Part shown: piece after piece, positions 27,992 through 35,860 of the stretch
Layout: each line of letters starts with the position of its first letter
How positions within the stretch are numbered: the stretch's first letter is position 1
DNA from: Promethearchaeota archaeon
GTDB taxonomy: Archaea; Asgardarchaeota; Lokiarchaeia; Sigyniarchaeales; SOKP01
Reading direction: 5' to 3'
NCBI GenBank assembly: GCA_048938025.1
Contig: JBHLMP010000039.1
Coordinates: 1 to 35,860, forward strand
Length of the DNA stretch: 35,860 nt
Notes under the pieces: model-generated
Told to the model about the DNA's origin: nothing
Seen by the model: the letters and a program-made list of their open reading frames with translations, nothing else
Database searches by the model: none
Program-made: the position numbers and the translations under genes

Positions 27992-29719
27992 CTAAATTAG
28001 TGATTGAATAAAGGCTTTAAATGCATTATAATCATTAATGAATTCATAAGATAAGACTAAATTAATAACTCTGCATTTATTAGTAGATAAAACCTGATTT
28101 AAGTTCTCAACAATCTTACCTCCCTTAAATAATGAATCATCTATTATTAGATTAACAGAATCTCCAAGCTTTTTTATTTTGGAATTGATATAATCAAAGA
28201 TATCTTGTTCAGAAGATATAATTATAGTTGGTTTTCCTAAGTAGGGAATAAAGTCTAAATTATATACAAATACTTGACTCGAGTTCTTTGCTAAATTGCT
28301 GAAGAACAGATTTAAAGTATAATTTAAGACTCCTAATTCACTTTCCTTGTAATTCTCTTTTGATGGGAGGATGTAATATGCAATTGATTTATTTAAGCTA
28401 TATCTTAAGTCATTATACACTCTATCTAAAATAGGAAAAATACTAAAATCAAAGCTAAATAATGAAAGGAATACGGTGTTAAAATTGAAGTCTTTTACTA
28501 AAAGATTGTTACTCACATTTCCTCCAATAAGAGAAAAATTTTTCAAATTTTCATTAACTGTTGATGCATAAGTATTTAGAATAAAATATTGAGAAGAAAT
28601 GAGCGTAGATTCTATTTTAGTTCTAATCTCATCCACCATCTCATAAATTACATTAAATAAATCCATAGCAACTTTTTCTTTAAGTTCTTGTGATGGTATT
28701 GCTTCAATAATAGTATCTGCTGTTTGAGGACTATTAATTTCTGCCAAAATCCAAATAGCATCCTTAAGAAACTCATAAGATTTATTTTTTATTTTTTTAT
28801 TATTAGAATTAAGTACTGTAGATTTCATAAGTATGGAGATAATTTGGTTTAAAATGTTAATAATTTCTAATTTTTTGTTTGCTTCATGCAGTTTTTTAGA
28901 GATAAAGAATAATAATATAACTTTTAATAACTCATCATCAATGAGATTAGAAATACTGATAGCTTGTGAAATATCAGTATCTATTCGATCAAATGCCAGA
29001 TAATGAAGTAATGTTTGCTTAAGATTTATATCACTTATACCTTGAACCATTTGAAAAGTATAGTCAAAATTAATCGATGCATATGCTCTAATTAAGTTAT
29101 AATAGAAGTTCATTTTTTCGGTATCCTCTGATATTTCCAGAGCGAACTCTAATGCTTTCTGGGGATTGTTATATGCTAGATATCCTTTTGCTAATTGCTT
29201 AATCATACTTTTTATTTCTTGAATAGAACGTTCTGGACTTCTTTTCATTGCGCTGTATTGTTTTTCTAATTGTTTTAACTCATTTTTATCTATAGAAATA
29301 AAGTATTCATTTGGATTCAATTTATCAATTTTCTTGGAGAGATTATATTCCTTTTTTCCTAAAATCTGGTTTATTTTATTTGTAGATGCAGCATCTCTTA
29401 CTTTTTGTATTTTAACTTTGTATTGAACGATCTTTAGCCAATTAGCATTAATAGTTAATTTTCCAAAACCATCAGCAGTAGGAGTTAATCTCAATTCGAT
29501 ATTTTTAGTCTCTCCAGGTCCAAATTCAACTTGTCCATTTAATTCGTCTGGTTTAACGCTAATACTTAAATTTTCTCCCTCAAAAGTAAACTGATAATTT
29601 TCTTTTTTACTTGAATTGTTTATTACTTGTATTGAAACAACATTAGCTACACTAGGAATTATAAGATTTTGAGGAAACTGTGTAATATTCAAAGAAATAA
29701 CGTTACTCGCGTTTGACAT
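27992..29719 (-). CDS. Hypothetical protein: Ig-like N-terminal domain, alpha-helical repeats, alpha/beta C-terminal domain
   Basis: VINNSSKKENYQF..FGPGETKNIELRLTPTADGFGKLTI (Ig/CARDB-like); repeated A.EI.D..K helical units; no signal peptide. Confidence 0.55.
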   Translation of the reverse strand: MSNASNVISLNITQFPQNLIIPSVANVVSIQVINNSSKKENYQFTFEGENLSISVKPDELNGQVEFGPGETKNIELRLTPTADGFGKLTINANWLKIVQYKVKIQKVRDAASTNKINQILGKKEYNLSKKIDKLNPNEYFISIDKNELKQLEKQYSAMKRSPERSIQEIKSMIKQLAKGYLAYNNPQKALEFALEISEDTEKMNFYYNLIRAYASINFDYTFQMVQGISDINLKQTLLHYLAFDRIDTDISQAISISNLIDDELLKVILLFFISKKLHEANKKLEIINILNQIISILMKSTVLNSNNKKIKNKSYEFLKDAIWILAEINSPQTADTIIEAIPSQELKEKVAMDLFNVIYEMVDEIRTKIESTLISSQYFILNTYASTVNENLKNFSLIGGNVSNNLLVKDFNFNTVFLSLFSFDFSIFPILDRVYNDLRYSLNKSIAYYILPSKENYKESELGVLNYTLNLFFSNLAKNSSQVFVYNLDFIPYLGKPTIIISSEQDIFDYINSKIKKLGDSVNLIIDDSLFKGGKIVENLNQVLSTNKCRVINLVLSYEFINDYNAFKAFIQSLI

Positions 29720-29883
29720 ATTTTAAGATGATTTTTTTATTCTTTTTTACTATATTAATCGAAAATATCGCATACTTTTTTAGGTTTAAGTATTATTACC
29801 ATGATATTTCAGTGAGCTTGAGTAATTTCAAAAAAGTAGTTTAAAACAAGAACTCAATATCCTTATTACATAATAAAAAGATT

Positions 29884-30609
29884 TTATTCTCCCTTTCGCC
29901 TAACTCTTTTAATATAGTCTTTTAGATCTTCAATAAGCATTTCTCTACTATAATCCGGCCAATAATCAGATCGAAATTTAAATTCAGCATAGGAAGCATC
30001 CCACAATAAAAATCCTGAAATTCTAGCACCATCTTCCATCCCAGTTCTGATTATATAATCTAATTCTGGAAAATTATTAGTATAGAGATAGTTTTTAATT
30101 AATTCTCGATCAATATCGTTTTCATTAACATTATCGTTAATAATCTTTTTTACAGCGTCCACGATTTCTTCTTGTCCGTCATACATAATACATACATTCA
30201 AAAATGCATGGTCATGATCCTTAGTAAATTCATTTAACTCTTTAATTTTTTCCTGAACATCGTTGGGTAATACAGATAATCTTCCAATAACATTTATTTT
30301 TATTTTCTCTTCTCTTATTATTGATTCTTTTATAACAGTATCAACAGCTTTTAATATAATTTTATAGATGTACTTTAATTCTTCAGGGCTCCTCTTTCTA
30401 GCATTTTCAAGTGAGAGGGCATATATTGTTAGATATCGAATCCCAGCATCAAAAAAATCAAATAATCTCTCCCTTAATGTTCTATATCCTACTAAATGGC
30501 CTAAATGAGTTGCCATGTTATTTTCTCTTGCCCAACGGCGATTCCCATCGAGGATTAAACCTATATGTTTAGGTAATTTATCCCTATCTACGTTTTTTAA
30601 TTCTTCCAA
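29884..30609 (-). CDS. uppS: Cis-prenyltransferase (polyprenyl diphosphate synthase)
   Basis: PKHIGLILDGNRRWA, YALSLEN, DYIIRTG, RISGFLLW. Confidence 0.95.
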   Translation of the reverse strand: MEELKNVDRDKLPKHIGLILDGNRRWARENNMATHLGHLVGYRTLRERLFDFFDAGIRYLTIYALSLENARKRSPEELKYIYKIILKAVDTVIKESIIREEKIKINVIGRLSVLPNDVQEKIKELNEFTKDHDHAFLNVCIMYDGQEEIVDAVKKIINDNVNENDIDRELIKNYLYTNNFPELDYIIRTGMEDGARISGFLLWDASYAEFKFRSDYWPDYSREMLIEDLKDYIKRVRRKGE

Positions 30610-30942
30610 AATTTTTACCTAAATATGCAAATTACTACAAATAAGAATATGAATAATTAATATATAATTTTATGATAAACTAATCATCTACAGTGATCTT
30701 CAATTCTATGATTTTGACCAAGCATTTTTGTAAAAATTTTGGATTCCCTATATATAATAATATGAACTATTGATATTCTTAAGAGTCTGAGAAAAAAAAG
30801 AAAAGATATTTAACGATAGCTTCTTTAAAATTTTTAATAAAACATACATTAAGTTTAATAAAAATTTATTTAATCAAAACCAAAAATTTTAACTTTATTT
30901 AGAATTTAAAAACACTATACATAAAAACGAGCAATAACGGTA

Positions 30943-32577
30943 ATGATAAGCGATGGTCATTTATTTGGAGACATAGGGATTGATAGTGCTTCTTTCGCAG
31001 CTCCAAGATCTTATTTGAAATTAGCAGAACTAGCACTGAAAAGAAATGTAGATCCTGCTAAATATAGTAAAGGGCTTCTATCTAAAGAAATACGAATCCC
31101 TGAAGTAGATGAAGATATTATCTCTCTCGGATTAAAAGCAGGGTATAATGCTTTGCAGCGGGGAAAAATTACTCCTAAGAGTATTGACGCATTATTCGTA
31201 GGAACGGAGACCGAAGTATATGCAGCGAAGAGTATATCGAATATTTTCGCTGAAATGTTGTCCGTTTCGCCCAATGCGCTTACAATGGATGTTTACAATG
31301 CCTGTGCTGGTGGTACGCTAGCAATTCTTAATGCTATCGCAATGATTGAAAAAGAAATCATAAATAAAGCCCTTGTAATTAGTAGTGATATTTCTTCATA
31401 TCATCTAGGCTCTCCAGGCGAACCAACACAAGGTTCAGGAGCAATTGGACTTGTAATTTCCAAGAATCCGCGGATTGCAACATTTTCTAAACGGTTCGGA
31501 AAAGTCTCTGGAAATGTAAATGACTTTTTCAGACCTGCAAATGACAAAAATGCGAGCGCTTTTGGTAGATATTCTCAAGATACATATCTTGATTTTCAAT
31601 TAAAAGCTTACGATAACTTAATTAGCAATATTGGGGATTTTCATGCCGATTTTTACTCTTTTCACGCTCCATATTCTAAATTACCCTTGAAATGTATGCA
31701 ACAAATCATATTAAAACGTTGGATAAAACATATAAGTGATTTACCAAGTTTTGAACGAAACAGCTTTACATCATCAATTTTGAGAAAAATTGATTCATTC
31801 TTACATGATGTTACCGTCCTTCCAGAATATATTTATTTAAAACTTAATGAAAGAGGATATTCTTCGGCAACTTTAGAAAAACTTTCAAATTGGTTGAATA
31901 CAAATGTAAAAGCGAGAGTATTACCGCAATTACGAGTTCCAATGCATTTTGGAAACATGTACAATGCTAGTGTTTGGGCTCAGATCGTTTTTCTTCTCGA
32001 AAATCATGCTCACGTTAATGATGTAATTTATTTTGGTTCATATGGTTCAGGAGCTACATGTATTTCTGGTCTTTTAAAAGTTCAGAATTGGTTTAAAGAA
32101 ATTGTTCAAAAGAGACCAAAAATTAATGATTATATTCACTTAAAGAGAAAGAAAAGTATTTTAGAATATGAATTAATAAAAAATGGTGACGTTAAACCAA
32201 TAGTTTTATTAGGACGAATTACCGAACATAAACAAAACAAAAATAGAGGTTTTATACTTCACTTTTGTGATAAGGGATGTATTATTCCAAATATTGAGGG
32301 ATTGGATCACTGTCCTAAAGGACACTCCGGTTTTCATAAAAGATTTTTCCCTCTATTTGCTGTATTGGCATCTGAACTAGTTGGTCATGATGAATTTAAT
32401 GATTTTAGTTATTTAAATAAAGGATATGTAAGGGTAGCTGGTCATGTTAATAAGGGTAATTCCTTAGAATACGAAGTCAGAAGAGTCGAAAGTGAATATG
32501 AAGAAAACATAAACGCAAAAGGCTTATTGAACTGGATTCCCGTTTATATACCTATTCCTGTTCACCACATATATTAA
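30943..32577 (+). CDS. mvaS: Hydroxymethylglutaryl-CoA synthase with a C-terminal Zn-ribbon/OB (DUF35-like) extension
   Basis: Catalytic motifs VGTET, NACAGG, GEPTQGSGA, FHAPY, GNMYNAS, SYGSG; about 110 extra C-terminal residues. Confidence 0.9.
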   Translation: MISDGHLFGDIGIDSASFAAPRSYLKLAELALKRNVDPAKYSKGLLSKEIRIPEVDEDIISLGLKAGYNALQRGKITPKSIDALFVGTETEVYAAKSISNIFAEMLSVSPNALTMDVYNACAGGTLAILNAIAMIEKEIINKALVISSDISSYHLGSPGEPTQGSGAIGLVISKNPRIATFSKRFGKVSGNVNDFFRPANDKNASAFGRYSQDTYLDFQLKAYDNLISNIGDFHADFYSFHAPYSKLPLKCMQQIILKRWIKHISDLPSFERNSFTSSILRKIDSFLHDVTVLPEYIYLKLNERGYSSATLEKLSNWLNTNVKARVLPQLRVPMHFGNMYNASVWAQIVFLLENHAHVNDVIYFGSYGSGATCISGLLKVQNWFKEIVQKRPKINDYIHLKRKKSILEYELIKNGDVKPIVLLGRITEHKQNKNRGFILHFCDKGCIIPNIEGLDHCPKGHSGFHKRFFPLFAVLASELVGHDEFNDFSYLNKGYVRVAGHVNKGNSLEYEVRRVESEYEENINAKGLLNWIPVYIPIPVHHIY

Positions 32578-32684
32578 CTCAAATTCCTATATAGGTTAAT
32601 TTTTACCTCGATAATCATAAATCTCCCTTTGCAAAAAAACTGCGAAAAGATTTAGAAAAATTTATTAGTTTTTGAATTGGTGAA

Positions 32685-33971
32685 ATGGTAATGAAGGAAT
32701 TTCGTTCAGATATTTCTGGGTTTTACAAGTTGTCAATGGATGAGCGTATAAAATTATTATCTAATTTAGTTAATTTAAATAAAGAAGAAGTTAAATTATT
32801 AAAGGAATTAGGCTATTTCACTTCTACCCAGATTGATACTTTAATTGAAAATGTGATAGGAAGTTATCAATTACCGTTTGGTCTTGCTTTTAATTTTAAA
32901 GTAAATGGTAGAGATTATATTATCCCTATGGTTATAGAGGAACCTTCTGTGGTTGCAGCTGCCTCTAATGCTGCAAAAATGGCTCGAAAACATGGTGGAT
33001 TTCACTCAGAAGAAGTAAAATCAATAATGATTTCTCAAATTCAAATCACACAATTAAAAGATATTGAGACAGCAAAAAAAACTCTAGAAAAGAATAAAAA
33101 AAACCTATTGAAGATAGCAAATGAGCAGGATCCAGTATTAAATAAGTTAAATGGGGGTGCTCAGGATATAGAGATAAAAGAAATTACTACCAGTAAAGGG
33201 AAAATGATTATTCTCCATTTATTAGTAAATGTTTTAGATGCAATGGGAGCAAATGTAGTAAATACTATGGCAGAAGCTATTAGTCCTTATATAGAAGAAA
33301 TATGCGGAGGAAAAATTTATCTCCGAATTGTATCAAATTTGGCTACTCATCGCTTAGCCAGAAGTAGGGCCACTTTTGATAAAGATTTGCTAGGTGGAAA
33401 AGAAGTTGTTGAAGGAATTTTAAATGCATATGAATTTGCTCTCGCAGATCCTTATAGAGCAACTACACATAATAAAGGTATAATGAATGGTATCGTCGCA
33501 TTAAGTTTAGCAACTGGGAATGATACACGAGCAGTTGAGGCAGGAGCTCATGCTTATGCTTCTTTAAAAGGAAGATATTCTCCATTAACAAAATTTAATG
33601 TCGATTCAGGAGGAAATTTAGTGGGAGAAATAGAAATACCTTTAGCTCTAGGAATTATTGGTGGTATGACGAAAATCCATCCAATGGCTCGAATAGCTTT
33701 AAAGATCTTAAATGTTAAGAGTGCTGAAGAACTTTCACAAATCGCAGCTGCTTTAGGACTTGCCCAGAATGTTGCTGCTTTAAGGGCTTTAGCCTCTGAA
33801 GGTATCCAAGAAGGTCATATGGCTTTACATTCTCGAAATATTGCTAAAATTGCTGGGATCCCAGACGATTTAATTGAAAAAGTTGCCAAAAAATTAGTAG
33901 AAGATAAAAAGATTAGAGTTGATTATGCAAAAGAAATTTTAAAAAAAATTGAAGAGGGTGAAAACCTTTAG
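32685..33971 (+). CDS. mvaA: HMG-CoA reductase, class II
   Basis: IENVIG, EEPSVVAA, DAMGAN, RATTHNKG, GIQEGHMALH. Confidence 0.95.
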   Translation: MVMKEFRSDISGFYKLSMDERIKLLSNLVNLNKEEVKLLKELGYFTSTQIDTLIENVIGSYQLPFGLAFNFKVNGRDYIIPMVIEEPSVVAAASNAAKMARKHGGFHSEEVKSIMISQIQITQLKDIETAKKTLEKNKKNLLKIANEQDPVLNKLNGGAQDIEIKEITTSKGKMIILHLLVNVLDAMGANVVNTMAEAISPYIEEICGGKIYLRIVSNLATHRLARSRATFDKDLLGGKEVVEGILNAYEFALADPYRATTHNKGIMNGIVALSLATGNDTRAVEAGAHAYASLKGRYSPLTKFNVDSGGNLVGEIEIPLALGIIGGMTKIHPMARIALKILNVKSAEELSQIAAALGLAQNVAALRALASEGIQEGHMALHSRNIAKIAGIPDDLIEKVAKKLVEDKKIRVDYAKEILKKIEEGENL

Positions 33972-34052
33972 ATTTATAAAATGTGTTTCTATTACTCTTC
34001 TAAGAGAAATCACTGATATTGATAATTTTATAACAATAAAAAAGTTTAAAAG

Positions 34053-35363
34053 ATGAATTTTATGGGATTTAGAGAATATTTAAAAAAAATTGATGAAGAT
34101 GGATTTCTACGAAAAGTAGATGTTGAAGTTTCAAAGAAATTGGAGATTTCTGGAATTCTAAAAGAGATGGAACCAACTCCAGTAATGTTCAATAATGTTA
34201 AAGAATCTGAATTTCGGGTAGTTGGCAATATGATCTGTACTAAGAATGTAATTGCATCTTATTTTGGTGTTTCTCCTGCTGATATTATACCAATGCTTTC
34301 TAGAGCAATAACTGAATACTCGGAACCCGAGGTTATATCAAAAGCTCCTTGTCAAGAAATAATCGAATCAAGTGTAGATTTAGATAAATTACCAATTTTG
34401 TTCCATTGCGAAAAAGATGGAGGTAATTACATTAGCTCTGCAGTTGTTATAACTAGAGATCCTGATTATGGACAAAATATGGATTTTCATAGAGCAATGC
34501 AGTTTTCTAAAGATAAATTCTCTACTCGAATAGTTAGAGGTCGACATTTTCATACATTCCTAGAGAAAAACGGTGAATTAGAGGTTGCCTTTTGTATTGG
34601 CAATACTCCTAACATTCTGATTGCAGGGGCCACCTCCGTAGATATTGGAGTTGATGAATTATATATTGCTAATGCATTAGAACCTATCAATATTGTAAAA
34701 GCAAATTCAGTTGATCTTTTAATTCCTGCAGAAGCTGAATTTGTTTTAGAAGGACGTGTTTATTTGGAAGAAAAACATTCTGAAGGTCCTTTTGTTGATC
34801 TTACTGAAACATATGACGTAGTCAGAGAGGAACCTGTTTTTGAAGTTAAAAAAATTACACATAGAAGGGATGCAATTTGGCAAGCTTTATTACCAGGGGC
34901 ACTTGAACATAAAATATTAATGGGAATGCCTCGTGAACCTACCATTTTTAATGAGGTAAACAAAGTAGGTGTTAAATGTTTAGATGTAAATGTTAATCCT
35001 GGTGGATGTTCTTGGTTACATGCAATTGTTCAAATTGATAAAAAATCCGAAGATGATGGTAAAAAGGCAATAAAAGGTGCTTTTACGGGTCATACAAGTT
35101 GTAAGCATGTTTTTATTGTAGATAAAGACATAAATATTTATGATCCCCTTTCAGTAGAATGGGCAATGGCAACTCGCTTTCAAGGAGATGTTAGAATGGT
35201 TATTAAAGATAAAGAACCGGGAAGTAGCTTAGATCCGAGTGCTGAGCCTGGTACGAAAATGACGACAAAAATTGGTTTTGATTTGACTAAACCCCTCGTA
35301 GCTAAAGGGAAGAATTTTGATATTGTAGAATTTCCAAAAGTGGATATTAACAAATATTTTTAA
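34053..35363 (+). CDS. UbiD family decarboxylase, probably anhydromevalonate phosphate decarboxylase
   Basis: EGPFVDLT, VEWAMATR and GSSLDPS motifs; sits between HMGR and AcnX. Confidence 0.85.
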   Translation: MNFMGFREYLKKIDEDGFLRKVDVEVSKKLEISGILKEMEPTPVMFNNVKESEFRVVGNMICTKNVIASYFGVSPADIIPMLSRAITEYSEPEVISKAPCQEIIESSVDLDKLPILFHCEKDGGNYISSAVVITRDPDYGQNMDFHRAMQFSKDKFSTRIVRGRHFHTFLEKNGELEVAFCIGNTPNILIAGATSVDIGVDELYIANALEPINIVKANSVDLLIPAEAEFVLEGRVYLEEKHSEGPFVDLTETYDVVREEPVFEVKKITHRRDAIWQALLPGALEHKILMGMPREPTIFNEVNKVGVKCLDVNVNPGGCSWLHAIVQIDKKSEDDGKKAIKGAFTGHTSCKHVFIVDKDINIYDPLSVEWAMATRFQGDVRMVIKDKEPGSSLDPSAEPGTKMTTKIGFDLTKPLVAKGKNFDIVEFPKVDINKYF

Positions 35364-35381
35364 TGTTTGAAGTTGATGTAA

Positions 35382-35860
35382 ATGAAATTAACTCAAGAAG
35401 AGCAAGATATGCTGGATGGCAAATATGGAAAAGCCACTAAAAAGTCTATAGAAATCTTAACCACACTAGGCGAAATATTTGATGCTGAATACATGGTTGA
35501 TGTTCATGGCGTTCAGATAGCAGGTGTTTCTTACGATAATCTTAGTGAGGCAGGATTAGAGTTTTTAAGTGAAATGGCAGAAGATGGAAAGGTTAGAGTA
35601 TTAACTACTTTAAATCCTGCTGGAATGGATCGCGAAAATTGGCAAGTATTAGGAATCGATAGAGAGTTTGCTAAAAATCAGAATCGCGCAATAGATGCCT
35701 TTGCTAAAATGGGTATAATTACAACATGTTCTTGTACACCATATTTAATTGGAAATGCACCTCATTATGGACAACATATTGCGTGGGCTGAAAGTAGTGC
35801 TGTTTGTTATGCTAACTCAGTTATTGGAGCTCGGACTAATCGTGAGGGGGGACCAAGCGC
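35382..35860 (+). CDS. Aconitase X large subunit (DUF521), probably phosphomevalonate dehydratase large subunit; 3' truncated
   Basis: Manual translation: MKLTQEEQDMLDGKYG...QIAGVSY...TTLNP...TCSCTPY...AWAESSAVCYANSVIGARTNREGGPS. Confidence 0.92.
   Translation, partial: MKLTQEEQDMLDGKYGKATKKSIEILTTLGEIFDAEYMVDVHGVQIAGVSYDNLSEAGLEFLSEMAEDGKVRVLTTLNPAGMDRENWQVLGIDREFAKNQNRAIDAFAKMGIITTCSCTPYLIGNAPHYGQHIAWAESSAVCYANSVIGARTNREGGPS

Noticed and set aside
6963-34963. Other short ORFs (6963, 11233, 22452, 23591, 24157, 26367, 27735, 31011, 34046, 34760)
   Set aside because: They overlap longer genes with clear family motifs, in another frame or on the other strand.

Overview
AT-rich (roughly 30% GC by eye) archaeal chromosomal segment, most consistent with an Asgard archaeon (Lokiarchaeia/Promethearchaeia); this assignment is inferred from gene content, not from a search. 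Left to right it holds a partial NnrE/YjeF gene, two tandem intron-containing tRNAs (Thr-GGT with a T-loop intron; elongator Met-CAT with two introns), a small longin-like protein, YhhN, a beta-carbonic anhydrase and a flotillin/NfeD operon whose NfeD carries a 72-aa His/Asp tandem repeat. The centre is a long minus-strand block. Three glycoprotein-like single-pass surface proteins share a conserved basic cytoplasmic tail. The largest abuts a longin/uDENN-like-HTH gene and a TrmB-HTH/coiled-coil/PLD-like gene. Further on are an unannotated roadblock/LC7 gene with an apparent ATT start, a second longin-like coiled-coil protein, an amidohydrolase, a GCS2 ligase and an Ig/helical-repeat protein, interrupted by an opposite-strand corrinoid/UroD-methyltransferase pair. 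The right end is an isoprenoid cluster: uppS, HMG-CoA synthase with a probable fused DUF35-like domain, class II HMG-CoA reductase, a UbiD-type decarboxylase and a partial AcnX large subunit, i.e. the Aeropyrum-type archaeal mevalonate pathway. The best candidate for an undescribed system is the surface-protein/longin/roadblock/TrmB block with its GCS2 and amidohydrolase neighbours. No mobile elements or CRISPR arrays were seen.
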